NCBI GenBank assembly: GCA_964372765.1 | Contig: CAYJSE010000004.1 | Location: 1 to 58,897, forward strand | Direction: 5' to 3' | Length of the DNA: 58,897 bases | DNA from: an uncultured Planctomycetia bacterium | GTDB lineage: Bacteria; Omnitrophota; Gorgyraeia; 2-02-FULL-51-18; CAYJSE01 | Notes under the pieces: model-generated | The model's input: the letters and a program-made list of their open reading frames with translations, nothing else | Database searches by the model: none | Told to the model about the DNA's origin: nothing | Translations under genes and position numbers: made by a program | Shown: positions 46,246-54,661 of the stretch, one piece after another | Layout of the letters: every line of letters begins with the position of its first letter | Position numbering within the stretch: position 1 is the stretch's first letter

Positions 46246-46587
46246 ATGACCCCCGCCGAAAAAACGAAGGAGATCGCCGAAAAACGGCTTCAAAAACCGC
46301 CTCGGAAAAAACAGCCTCCGAAGCTCGCCGTGATCAATCAGAACGGTTGCACGGGTTGTGAGGTTTGTATCGTGTTTTGTCCGGTGGATTGCATCGAGAT
46401 CGTGCCGGGCGTGGAACACGCGCAGTTTCAGCAGGTGGTGGAGGTGGATTTGGCGCGCTGTATTGGCTGTTCGCTCTGCGCCAAGCACTGCCCGTGGGAT
46501 ACGATCGCGATGCTGCCGCACGACGACGCGCTCGCGAAAGCGCCGGGCGTGACGTTAAAGAGCGTGTGCGCTCCGCCGGCCGGCTAA
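46246..46587 (+). CDS. 2x[4Fe-4S] ferredoxin-type protein with a basic N-terminal extension
   Basis: CTGCEVCIVFCP and CIGCSLCAKHCP cluster motifs. The start abuts the upstream stop. Confidence 0.85.
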   Translation: MTPAEKTKEIAEKRLQKPPRKKQPPKLAVINQNGCTGCEVCIVFCPVDCIEIVPGVEHAQFQQVVEVDLARCIGCSLCAKHCPWDTIAMLPHDDALAKAPGVTLKSVCAPPAG

Positions 46588-47517
46588 AACAGCTTCGATA
46601 AAATCGACGATCTTTTTTTCCAGTCTTTTTCCTTCGAGTTCGTAGAGCTCCGGAATGCCGGCTGGGCTTGTGACGTTGATCTCAGTTAAAAAGCGCCCGA
46701 TGACGTCGATTCCCACAAGCCAAAGGCCCTTTTCAAGAAGCTTCGGCGCCAGGCTCTCGACAATCCGGCGGTCCCCGGCGTTCAGTGTGGCCCGGTGCAT
46801 GGAGCCGCCAACGCTTAAGTTGGCCCGGAAGTCCCCGCGCGGCGGTTTCCTTAAAAATGCGCCGAGCGGTTCGCCGTTTAAGATCACGATGCGTTTATCT
46901 CCGAAACGGTGGACATTCACGAAACGCTGGATCATCACCATTTCACGGCCGCGGGACGTGGCGCTCTCAAGAAGCGACGGCAGATTGGGATCTTGAGGGG
47001 AAGTGAGAAACAGGCCGACACCCGATTTCTCGGTGAGAGGCTTTATCACGGCCTGGGTTTTTAAATGGGCGATAAAGTGTCGTGCGGCCGTGACGTTTTG
47101 CGTGACCAGTGTATCGGGGATTAAGTCGGAAAAATCGAGCGTCAAAAGCTTTTCGTTGCTCGTCGTGATGCCTTGAGGGTCATTGATCACGAATGCTTTA
47201 GTTTTGATGCGATTCAACAGCTCTAAACTATAAAGGTACTCGGCGTTGAACGGGGGTTCTTTGCGGATGAACACGCAGTCGAAGCGGCCGAGATCGCGGG
47301 GTTCGCGGGAAAGAGGGGTCGGACGAAACCCGTGCCGGAGATCCGTGTTTGCCTCGTAGAGAGTGGCCTCCAGTGTGTGATTTCTCCAGGCAAGATGACG
47401 GCTCTCGCAGTGAAACACCCGATGGCCGCGGCGCCGGAGCTCATGCATGATCCAGAGCGACGAGTCCTCGTTCGGTTTCACGTGCGCCACGGGATAGAGG
47501 AGAAAGGCGATTTTCAT
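46555..47517 (-). CDS. gshB: Glutathione synthetase (prokaryotic ATP-grasp type)
   Basis: MKIAFLLYPV...KPNEDSS..IMHEL.RRGH.V, KP..EKSG.G, RIV.LNGEP.GA..R.P....FR.N...GG, G...VGIDVIG..LTEINVTSP. Confidence 0.85.
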   Translation of the reverse strand: MKIAFLLYPVAHVKPNEDSSLWIMHELRRRGHRVFHCESRHLAWRNHTLEATLYEANTDLRHGFRPTPLSREPRDLGRFDCVFIRKEPPFNAEYLYSLELLNRIKTKAFVINDPQGITTSNEKLLTLDFSDLIPDTLVTQNVTAARHFIAHLKTQAVIKPLTEKSGVGLFLTSPQDPNLPSLLESATSRGREMVMIQRFVNVHRFGDKRIVILNGEPLGAFLRKPPRGDFRANLSVGGSMHRATLNAGDRRIVESLAPKLLEKGLWLVGIDVIGRFLTEINVTSPAGIPELYELEGKRLEKKIVDFIEAVLAGRRSAHAL

Positions 47518-47549
47518 GAGACAGCGTTTATTATAGCATACGTTTTAGG

Positions 47550-48785
47550 ATGAGTCTTCGACGCGCGGATTTAAAAAAATACATCCTGTCCGGATGTAAA
47601 AATGAAAAACACCGCAAAATCGGTATCGAGTGGGAAAAACTCGGGGTTTACCGTGCCACCGGCCGCGCGATTGGGTATTTTGGCGCGCGCGGCGTCGAAG
47701 CGATTTTTAAAGCGCTGATCCGCGAGCACGGTTGGCAGAACGCTTCTTCGGAAACGCCGATCGTGGCTCTCAAAAAAGGACGCTCATCGATCACGCTGGA
47801 GCCAGGCGGACAGATCGAGTTGAGCGGTTATGCCTACGCAGCACTCAAAGACAATGCCTGGGAGCTGGATTCGCACTTGATCGAGATTGAATCCGTATCA
47901 CAGCCTCTCGGGATCGCGTGGTTGGGGCTGGGCGCGCAGCCATTCAGCCGTTTAGACGAGATCCGTTGGGTGCCCAAAGCGCGCTATCGGATCATGCGGC
48001 GTTTTTTAAGCGCGCGCGGCTCGCTCTCGCACGCGATGATGAAGCAAACCGCTTGCATCCAGGCCAATCTCGACTTCACAAGCGAAGAAGACGCGATTCA
48101 AAAACTACGGCTAGCGTTCGCGCTGGCGCCCGTTCTATCGCGAGTGTTTGCCAACTCACCCGTTTACGAATCGCGCCTTGTCGGACGCGAGTCCCAACGC
48201 GCCTGGATCTGGCGGCATACGGATCCGGCCCGCACGGGTATTTTAAAAGACGTGTTCCGCGCGGACTACACGCTGGAGGACTACGTCGACTACGCGCTCT
48301 CGGTGCCGATGTTTTTTATCGTGCGCGGGGGCCGCTGGATCGCGGCGCCGCGCCTGGATTTTCGGCGATTCATGGAAAATGGATTCCGCGGTTTCGAGGC
48401 TACGCTCGGCGACTGGAAGCTACACTTGACGACGATTTTCACGGAGGCGCGATTGAAACAGTATCTTGAGATCCGGAGTCTCGACTGCCAGAACCGCGAG
48501 ATGGGTCTTGCGGCGATCGCGTTTCTGAAGGGGATCTTTTACCGCGCTCTGTCAAGCGAGAGGGCGCTTAAAATTTTGCTTGGGGTCAAACGGCCGAATC
48601 TCGCTTGGGAACTCTTGGAGCTTGCTCAATCCGGTTTGAACGCCGAAGAGTCAGGCTATCTCGAACCGCTTCAAGTTTTGCTTGAAAGAAAAAAAACGCC
48701 GGCGCGCATTTTGATCGGCTGTCTTAAAAAAGCGCGACTTAGAGAAGAAAAGGTGCAAACTCTGATCGCCTGCGCGGCGGTTTAG
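47550..48785 (+). CDS. gshA: Glutamate--cysteine ligase (plant/proteobacterial GCS2-type)
   Basis: KIGIEWEK, ITLEPGGQIELSG, IQANLDF, TTIFTEARLK.YLEIRS.D. Confidence 0.75.
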   Translation: MSLRRADLKKYILSGCKNEKHRKIGIEWEKLGVYRATGRAIGYFGARGVEAIFKALIREHGWQNASSETPIVALKKGRSSITLEPGGQIELSGYAYAALKDNAWELDSHLIEIESVSQPLGIAWLGLGAQPFSRLDEIRWVPKARYRIMRRFLSARGSLSHAMMKQTACIQANLDFTSEEDAIQKLRLAFALAPVLSRVFANSPVYESRLVGRESQRAWIWRHTDPARTGILKDVFRADYTLEDYVDYALSVPMFFIVRGGRWIAAPRLDFRRFMENGFRGFEATLGDWKLHLTTIFTEARLKQYLEIRSLDCQNREMGLAAIAFLKGIFYRALSSERALKILLGVKRPNLAWELLELAQSGLNAEESGYLEPLQVLLERKKTPARILIGCLKKARLREEKVQTLIACAAV

Positions 48786-49552
48786 GTTCTTAAGCGGTAG
48801 CCAATTTTAAATAGCCACACCACGAGAAAAAAAAGTCCCATCGCGAGCACTGCCGAAAGCACCATGCCTACCGCGAGATTCGCGTCGGCGATCCCCAGCA
48901 TGCCGTAACGCAGACCGCTCACCAAGTAAAAGATCGGGTTCAGTTTTGTGACCATTTGAAGCGCGGGCGGCACCATGTCGATCGTATGGAACACGCCTCC
49001 GAAATAGATCAGCGGCGAAATCACAAACGTCGTCCAGATGGACAGTTTTTCGAAGCCGGTAGCCCACAGACCCACGAGCAACCCTAAAAGCGAAAAGATC
49101 ACCGAAACAACCAGCATAAAATAAACAGCGACCGCGACGTTGTGCCAGACAAACTGCGTAAATAAAAGCGAGATGCCGTACACACCCGAGGCCACGAGGA
49201 GTCCGCGCGTGATGCCGCCTACCAAGAGCCCCAGAACCATCTCGTAGTAGGTGAGAGGGGACAGCAGGATCTCCTGGATATGGTTGTGCCAGCGCGCGAT
49301 GAAAAGTGATGAGGATGTGTTGCCGTAGGAACCCTCGATCAACTGCATCACCACAAGTCCCGGCACCAAAAACTGCAAGTAGCTGTACGCGCCGATCTGG
49401 ATCTCGAGGTTGCGGCCTAGCGAAAACCCGAAGACAAAGATAAAAAGTGTTGAGGAAACAAGCGGCGGCACGATGGTTTGCGTAAACACGACAAAAAACC
49501 GAAGGATTTCGCGGCGTACCAGCGTTTCAAATCCGACTCTATTGGGAATCAT
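48782..49552 (-). CDS. ABC-2 type transporter permease
   Basis: 256 aa with six TM segments. It overlaps the ATPase gene upstream of it by 14 nt. Confidence 0.8.
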   Translation of the reverse strand: MIPNRVGFETLVRREILRFFVVFTQTIVPPLVSSTLFIFVFGFSLGRNLEIQIGAYSYLQFLVPGLVVMQLIEGSYGNTSSSLFIARWHNHIQEILLSPLTYYEMVLGLLVGGITRGLLVASGVYGISLLFTQFVWHNVAVAVYFMLVVSVIFSLLGLLVGLWATGFEKLSIWTTFVISPLIYFGGVFHTIDMVPPALQMVTKLNPIFYLVSGLRYGMLGIADANLAVGMVLSAVLAMGLFFLVVWLFKIGYRLRT

Positions 49553-50279
49553 GGTCGCTACTCTTTGTCAGTTCTAAAAATCGTTTTTCGAGCGTCGCGT
49601 CGGCCACAAGCTCTTTCGTGGGGCCGTGGTGGACGATACTGCCCTCATGGATGATCGCGATCGTTTTGGAGAGTTTCTCGGCCTCCTCCATGTAATGCGT
49701 GGTAAGAAAAATCGTTTTGCCTTTTTTGTTGAGATCGTTCAAGAAATTCCAGATCAGATACTTCAGTTCAAGATCGGCGCCGGCCGTGGGCTCATCGAGG
49801 ATCAAGATTTGAGGATCATGCACCAGCGCGCGGCATAAAAGAAGCCGCCGTTTCATGCCTCCGGAAAGCTTCCTAAAATCGAGGTCTTTTTTGCTATCCA
49901 GGCCAAAGAGTCGCAACAGGTCGCCAGCCTTTTTACGCGCCTCCGATCTCGGCACGCCAAAGTAACCGGCCTGGGTTATCAGGACGCCTTCGATGGTGAG
50001 GAACGGGTCAAAGTTGAATTCCTGCGGACAAAGACCGATCAGGGGCCGAGTTTTTCGATACTCGGAACGAACGTCAAAGTCAAATACGCGAACGCTCCCC
50101 TTTTGAAAATTGGAAAGTCCCGTGATGGCGTTGATCGTGGTGGTTTTTCCCGCTCCGTTGGGACCCAAAAAACCCACAAAGTCACCCGGACGAACCTCGA
50201 GACTCACGCCTCGCAGCGCTTGAAAGCTATCATAGTACTTGACCAGTGACTGGATGTGGATGGCCGGAGCTTGGTTCAT
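49539..50279 (-). CDS. ABC transporter ATP-binding protein
   Basis: Walker A GPNGAGKTTT, signature LSGGMKRRL, Walker B ILILDEPT. Confidence 0.92.
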   Translation of the reverse strand: MNQAPAIHIQSLVKYYDSFQALRGVSLEVRPGDFVGFLGPNGAGKTTTINAITGLSNFQKGSVRVFDFDVRSEYRKTRPLIGLCPQEFNFDPFLTIEGVLITQAGYFGVPRSEARKKAGDLLRLFGLDSKKDLDFRKLSGGMKRRLLLCRALVHDPQILILDEPTAGADLELKYLIWNFLNDLNKKGKTIFLTTHYMEEAEKLSKTIAIIHEGSIVHHGPTKELVADATLEKRFLELTKSSDHDSQ

Positions 50280-50314
50280 AAGATGAAGAGTTATTATATG
50301 TTATAATACCGCGC

Positions 50315-50923
50315 ATGTCGATCAAGGCGTTTCTATTTGATCTCGGACAAGTGCTGCTTGCGTTTGATTTTAGGCCGGCTTTTGCCAAGCTTTCAAAGTC
50401 TTGCGCGTTTTCACCGGTCGAAGTGGCCCATTTTTTTGCGCGATCGGGGCTGGAAGTGCTCTACGACGGCGGCAAGATCAGTTCACGTCAATTTTGCCGC
50501 TTGGTGCGCCAGGGTTTGAGGCATGAACTGAGCGACCGTGAATTTACGAAGATTTGGAACGAGATTTTTACGCCCGACCACGAGAATGTCGCGCTGCTTA
50601 AAAAAGTCTCGAAAACCTACCGCACCGCGCTCATTTCCAATACCAACGAGATGCACTACGAGTACATTCAAAAAAAGTACGCGTTTTTAGCGTGTTTTGA
50701 CCGCGTGATTTTATCCTACCGCGAGCGCCTGCGAAAACCGGATCGCAGGATTTACCGGCGCGCGGTGCGCGTCTGTCACGCGAAGCCGCAAGAAATTTTT
50801 TATATCGACGACCGTTCCGAGATGACCGAAGCGGCGCGGGATCTCGGCATCCACGCGTTCACGTTTCGCAATAATCACGATGATCTTAAAAAACGTCTCC
50901 AAGTTTTGGGAGTGCCGTTTTGA
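50315..50923 (+). CDS. HAD superfamily hydrolase (subfamily IA-like)
   Basis: FLFDLGQVLL (motif I variant), SNTN (motif II) and a YIDD-type motif IV. Confidence 0.7.
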   Translation: MSIKAFLFDLGQVLLAFDFRPAFAKLSKSCAFSPVEVAHFFARSGLEVLYDGGKISSRQFCRLVRQGLRHELSDREFTKIWNEIFTPDHENVALLKKVSKTYRTALISNTNEMHYEYIQKKYAFLACFDRVILSYRERLRKPDRRIYRRAVRVCHAKPQEIFYIDDRSEMTEAARDLGIHAFTFRNNHDDLKKRLQVLGVPF

Positions 50924-51756
50924 GCGCGAACCGACAATTTTTGTCCGTGGCGATGCGGGCCGCGGAAACCGCGGGCAAACTTCTTTTAGCTTCTTACGGA
51001 AAGCTGAAAAGTACCCAGATCAGCGCCAAGTCCAAAAACGATTTTGTGACGGTTCTGGATAAAAAATCCGAGGAGGCGGTCATCCGCGTGATCCGACGGT
51101 TTTTTCCGGATCACGGGATATTGGCGGAAGAAGGCGGGACGCGCAACACCGGCGCCGAATGCGTGTGGATCATCGATCCTCTCGATGGAACCTCCAACTA
51201 CATTCACTGTTTTCCGATGTTCGCGGTGTCGATCGGCGTGGCGGTGAAGGGTGTGATTTGCGCCGGCGTGGTGCATGACCCGTTACACCGAGAGATGTTT
51301 TATACCGAGCGGGGCAGCGGCGCGTTTTTAAATAAGAAGCGGTTTCGGGTGTCTAAAACCGCGAAGCTTGCCGACGCGCTGATGACCACCGGTATCCCGT
51401 TTCGCGCGCGTAACCGTTACGACGAATATTTTGATTCCTTGAAGTTGATTTCGCTTGGTAGTGCCGGGATGCGACGGGGTGGGTCGGCGGCGTTGGATCT
51501 GGCGTACGTGGCTTGCGGACGCCTGGACGGATTTTGGGAACTCAGCTTGGCGCCGTGGGATATTGCTGCGGGGTCACTTTTGATTGAGGAGGCCGGGGGG
51601 CGGGTGACGGATTTGTGGGGCGGCGGCCGTTACTTAAACTGCGGGGATATCCTGGGCTCTAACCGCAAAATTCACGCCGAGCTTCAAGCGATTACGTCCC
51701 GGATCACGCGGCTTCCGGTATCGGCCAACCGGTGTGGCTGGAGGGCCGGATTGTGA
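50920..51756 (+). CDS. suhB: Inositol monophosphatase family protein
   Basis: AEE, WIIDPLDGTSNY, GSAALDLAYVA.GR.DG, WD.AAG.LL..EAGG. Confidence 0.88.
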   Translation: MSANRQFLSVAMRAAETAGKLLLASYGKLKSTQISAKSKNDFVTVLDKKSEEAVIRVIRRFFPDHGILAEEGGTRNTGAECVWIIDPLDGTSNYIHCFPMFAVSIGVAVKGVICAGVVHDPLHREMFYTERGSGAFLNKKRFRVSKTAKLADALMTTGIPFRARNRYDEYFDSLKLISLGSAGMRRGGSAALDLAYVACGRLDGFWELSLAPWDIAAGSLLIEEAGGRVTDLWGGGRYLNCGDILGSNRKIHAELQAITSRITRLPVSANRCGWRAGL

Positions 51757-51794
51757 AGGAGTAGGGGAGGGCGCTGCACACCCAGGCGTACGTT

Positions 51795-51882
51795 CCGGAC
51801 CTGGTCCGCATTCCACCATCTATTGAGAGGGTCTCTCTCACCACTTACAACGGATTGTGGAAAGTGGACCAGGTCCGGTTTT
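51795..51882 (+). terminator. Long imperfect hairpin plus T4 (suhB terminator or small structured RNA)
   Basis: 13-bp basal stem ccggacctggtcc (51795-51807) / ggaccaggtccgg (51866-51878). It extends inward through cattccac/gtggaaag and an apical gagag-ggtc-tctctc hairpin, and is followed by TTTT. Confidence 0.5.
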
Positions 51883-51905
51883 ACACAAGTCAAAATCAAT
51901 TGGTA

Positions 51906-51934
51906 TTGAAAATAGTATTGATTAGTGTTATACT
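51906..51934 (+). promoter_or_regulatory. Promoter of the mazEF-like pair, with direct GTATTGA repeats
   Basis: TTGAAA at 51906-51911, a 17-nt spacer, TATACT at 51929-51934. GTATTGA occurs at 51903-51909 and 51915-51921. Confidence 0.6.
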
Positions 51935-51962
51935 TTTGGTATGAATATTGGCTGGAGGGATT

Positions 51963-52220
51963 ATGAGTCAAGTTAAGACGGCAATATCCGTGGAGGAAGG
52001 GATTTTTAAGCAGCTGAACGCGTTTGCCCATAAAATCCACGTTTCGAGAAGTAAGCTTTTTGAGATCGCGGCTAAAGAGTGGTTGAAGGCGGAGCAACGC
52101 AAGCGTCTCATTGGGCGGATTAATAAGGCCGTCGAAAAAGACCATTTAGACGCAGAGGACAAGCGTCAAGCCGGGTTTATGAGGGCTCAACACCGAAAAC
52201 TTGTGGACGGTGCGTGGTGA
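51963..52220 (+). CDS. Ribbon-helix-helix (CopG/MazE-like) antitoxin
   Basis: Start placed at ATG 51963 after GGAGGG. KTAISVEEGIFKQLNAFAHKIHVSRSKLFEIAAKEWL fits an RHH fold. It overlaps the toxin gene by 7 nt. Confidence 0.7.
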   Translation: MSQVKTAISVEEGIFKQLNAFAHKIHVSRSKLFEIAAKEWLKAEQRKRLIGRINKAVEKDHLDAEDKRQAGFMRAQHRKLVDGAW

Positions 52221-52564
52221 TCCAGCAGGGTGACGTTTTCTGGATCCATATGGGAGACGCCAAGGGGCACGCGCTCGCTTATCGCCACCCTCACGTTGTT
52301 ATTCAGGGCAACCCCTACAATCAGAGCAAAATTAGAACCGTGGTGGTCTGTGGTATCACCTCCAAACTCCAAAGAGCCGATTTACCGGGCAACGTTCTTT
52401 TGAAGAAAGGGGAGGCCAATCTACTCAAAGATAGTGTGGTCAATATTTCTCAACTCTTTACCGTGGATAAGGATGTGCTTGTTGAGAAAATCGGCGCTTT
52501 AAGTGCCGAGCGACTGGAGCATATCCTTGTGGGGATCAACCTGTTATTTGACTTTGATCGCTAA
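52214..52564 (+). CDS. MazF/PemK-family type II toxin (mRNA interferase)
   Basis: QGDVFWI......G.....RHPHVVIQ...YN......VVVCGITS........GNVLL.....NL.KDSVVNISQLFTVDK..L...IG.LS... Confidence 0.8.
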   Translation: MVIQQGDVFWIHMGDAKGHALAYRHPHVVIQGNPYNQSKIRTVVVCGITSKLQRADLPGNVLLKKGEANLLKDSVVNISQLFTVDKDVLVEKIGALSAERLEHILVGINLLFDFDR

Positions 52565-52583
52565 AGAGGTAAGATAGCATCCT

Positions 52584-52763
52584 ATGCCGTATGTGAGCTT
52601 ACGAGTGGCGGGGAAGCTGAACCGCCAGCAAAAAGAGACGATCGCCAAGGAGTTTGCCGAGACGCTGGAGCGCGTGGCCGGCAAACCCAAGGACTCCACG
52701 TATCTCGTTTTTGACGAAGTCGAAAGAGAAAACTGGGCCAAGGGCGAGAAGCTGCTTGGTTAG
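52584..52763 (+). CDS. 4-oxalocrotonate tautomerase family protein
   Basis: 59-aa ORF missing from the track: MPYVSLRVAGKLNRQQKETIAKEFAETLERVAGKPKDSTYLVFDEVERENWAKGEKLLG. It has the catalytic Pro1 context and a typical length. Confidence 0.75.
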   Translation: MPYVSLRVAGKLNRQQKETIAKEFAETLERVAGKPKDSTYLVFDEVERENWAKGEKLLG

Positions 52764-52780
52764 CGAAACCGCACAATCCG

Positions 52781-53176
52781 ATGCCGATTGAAAAACAGCT
52801 ATCGGTGTTTATGGAAAATAAACCCGGACGCTTGAGCCAGATCTGCGCCACGCTCGCTGATACGGGTGTCAATATTTACGCGATGTCGGTACACGATACC
52901 GTGGACCACGCGATCGTGCGCCTTATGGTCGACAAGCCCACCAAGGCGTTGGTGCTTCTGGAAGAAGAAGGCGTTTACATCGTGACGCATGATGTCGTCG
53001 TCGTGGAGGTTGAAAATAAACCGGGCATTATTTCCAATATCGCCCGAAAGCTTTTCCGCGCGGACATGAATATCGAGTATATGTACTGCACTGCGGCTAA
53101 GAACCAAGATTACGGGTGTCTCGTGATCAAAACCAAAGACGCCGAACAAGCCCTCGAAATTCTTGAAAATCCTTAA
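52781..53176 (+). CDS. Tandem ACT-domain protein
   Basis: LSVFMENKPGRLSQICATLADTGVNIYAMSV and VEVENKPGIISNIARKLFRADMNIEYMY are two ACT-like beta-alpha-beta-beta-alpha-beta units. Confidence 0.75.
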   Translation: MPIEKQLSVFMENKPGRLSQICATLADTGVNIYAMSVHDTVDHAIVRLMVDKPTKALVLLEEEGVYIVTHDVVVVEVENKPGIISNIARKLFRADMNIEYMYCTAAKNQDYGCLVIKTKDAEQALEILENP

Positions 53177-53828
53177 ATCCTCGTTTATTTTATTTCCGAT
53201 TCTTTTATTTGTATTTTCCGTTCCGGTCCAGGCTTTGGAACGACAGTCGGCCGTGGTTCGGGAAGTTTTAAGCGGGGATACCGTGAGATTGGAAGGCGGC
53301 AAGACGCTCAAATATGCGGGCCTGGCCGCTCCGCCGCTTCAAAGCATCGTGCCGCTGGTGAGAAAATACGGCGTTGACGCCAAAGAGTTTAATGAAGCCG
53401 CGGTGCGGGGGAAGAGCATCGCCATCGAGTGGGGTCCCCAGATCCGCGACGATCTCAACAATCTACTCGGCTATGTGTATCTCGAAGACGGAACTTCACT
53501 CAACGAGCTTCTTTTAAGGAATGGTCACGCGAAACTGCGTTTACAGGCGCCCAACCTGAAATATGGCGGGGCGTTTCGCAAAGCGGAGCTTGAGGCGCGC
53601 CGCGCCAAGCGGGGACTCTGGAAAGAGGAGCCGGACAACCCGTTTATCCAGAGCGAATATATCGGAGAAAAGAACACGAAAATCTACTATTTCCCGACTT
53701 CACCGGAACTGGAACGGATTCCGGAGGCGCAGCTCGTGCGTTTCCGCTCACGGGTCGAGGCCAAGGCCGCCGGTTACAAGTCCTGCTTTACCTGCAACGA
53801 GGACGATCGGGATGTTTTCTTGAGATAA
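53163..53828 (+). CDS. Secreted SNase-like nuclease (second paralog) with a short Cys-containing C-terminal extension
   Basis: Signal-like N-terminus, then V.EVLSGDTVRLEGGK...YAG..AP...LLGYVYLEDG.SLNELLL.NGHAKL...RRAKRGLW. The tail is ...KAAGYKSCFTC. TTG start overlaps the ACT gene. Confidence 0.75.
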   Translation: MKILKSSFILFPILLFVFSVPVQALERQSAVVREVLSGDTVRLEGGKTLKYAGLAAPPLQSIVPLVRKYGVDAKEFNEAAVRGKSIAIEWGPQIRDDLNNLLGYVYLEDGTSLNELLLRNGHAKLRLQAPNLKYGGAFRKAELEARRAKRGLWKEEPDNPFIQSEYIGEKNTKIYYFPTSPELERIPEAQLVRFRSRVEAKAAGYKSCFTCNEDDRDVFLR

Positions 53829-53831
53829 TCA

Positions 53832-53861
53832 TTGACAGCCCTATTTTAGTTTTGATATAGT
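53832..53861 (+). promoter_or_regulatory. Promoter of cspA
   Basis: TTGACA at 53832-53837, an 18-nt spacer, TATAGT at 53856-53861. AAAGGAG lies before ATG 53905. Confidence 0.6.
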
Positions 53862-53904
53862 TTCCGCGGTTTTTTTTATTTATTTAACTAAAAGGAGAAG
53901 TCCA

Positions 53905-54108
53905 ATGTCCAAAGGCACAGTCAAGTGGTTTAGCAACCAAAAGGGCTACGGTTTTATTACCCCCGACGGCGGCGGGAAGGATGTGTTTGTGCATCACAGC
54001 GCTATTTTGGGAGACGGGTATAAGACCCTGGACGAAGGTCAGAACGTCGAGTTCGACGTGACTCAGGGACCCAAGGGCGAGCAAGCGGCTAACGTTCGCA
54101 AGCTTTAA
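53905..54108 (+). CDS. cspA: Cold-shock protein (CspA family)
   Basis: [15 protein letters not shown] (RNP1) and DVFVHHSAI (RNP2). 67 aa. Confidence 0.95.
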   Translation: MSKGTVKWFSNQKGYGFITPDGGGKDVFVHHSAILGDGYKTLDEGQNVEFDVTQGPKGEQAANVRKL

Positions 54109-54184
54109 TCTAAACGCGCTAAGCGTTGATAAAACCTCAAGAAACGAGGGTTTTGCGTTTTTTGGGGTTTTTTATGCGCTGTCC

Positions 54185-54213
54185 TTGAAAGCTTTGCGGC
54201 GGGATGGTAAAAT
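54185..54213 (+). promoter_or_regulatory. Promoter of the PilZ / Mrp / DUF2203 unit
   Basis: TTGAAA at 54185-54190, a 17-nt spacer, TAAAAT at 54208-54213. AAGGAG lies before GTG 54248. Confidence 0.55.
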
Positions 54214-54247
54214 AGCACTGTGTATTTCTAAAAAAGGAGTAATTTCG

Positions 54248-54661
54248 GTGGCCGATAGAGAATCCAATTTAAAAGAACGCCGCGAGTTCTTTCGCGTTAA
54301 GTTTGATGCGCCGGTGCAATTCCGCGCTTATACCGACACTGAGGTTTTTGGTTCTTCTCGCAATGAAGTTTTAGAGGGTAAGACGCGAGACATCAGTCAG
54401 TCCGGCGTGTTGTTTGAAACGGATAAAGTGCCCCCGATGTCTAGCATCTTGTGGCTGAATCTTGATTTTCGTACGCTGCAAATCTGTCAGGAAATCGAGC
54501 AGCGCGCGCTGGTGTACAAGGACGGTCTCTTGGGACGCGTGGTGCGCATCGAGGAAAACCCCGTTAAAAGGACCTACGATGTCGGCGTTTGTTTTTTGAC
54601 GCGCAGTGAAAAGAGCGCGCGCGACGTCCAGCAAGCCCTCTTGAAGATTGCCGCCAATTAA
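54248..54661 (+). CDS. PilZ domain protein (c-di-GMP receptor)
   Basis: RREFFR (RxxxR) and DISQSG (DxSxxG). Start moved to GTG 54248, because the tracked TTG 54185 coincides with the -35 hexamer. Confidence 0.75.
   Translation: MADRESNLKERREFFRVKFDAPVQFRAYTDTEVFGSSRNEVLEGKTRDISQSGVLFETDKVPPMSSILWLNLDFRTLQICQEIEQRALVYKDGLLGRVVRIEENPVKRTYDVGVCFLTRSEKSARDVQQALLKIAAN

Noticed and set aside
51782-51882. Possible SRP (4.5S) RNA, because of the ggaccaggtccgg / ccggaac-like strings.
   Set aside because: The conserved domain IV features are absent on both strands: there is no GGAA tetraloop closed by a helix and no symmetric/asymmetric loop sequence AGGUCC...GGAAGCAGC. The resemblance is limited to a short GC string.
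51684-52145. 153-aa minus-strand ORF spanning the suhB/mazE spacer.
   Set aside because: It runs antisense through the suhB 3' end, the long hairpin, the mazEF promoter and the antitoxin gene. It shows no recognisable motifs.
54185-54247. TTG 54185 as the start of the second PilZ gene.
   Set aside because: This TTG is the first half of a good -35 hexamer (TTGAAA-17-TAAAAT). An AAGGAG SD precedes GTG 54248, and the 21 extra residues have no PilZ counterpart.
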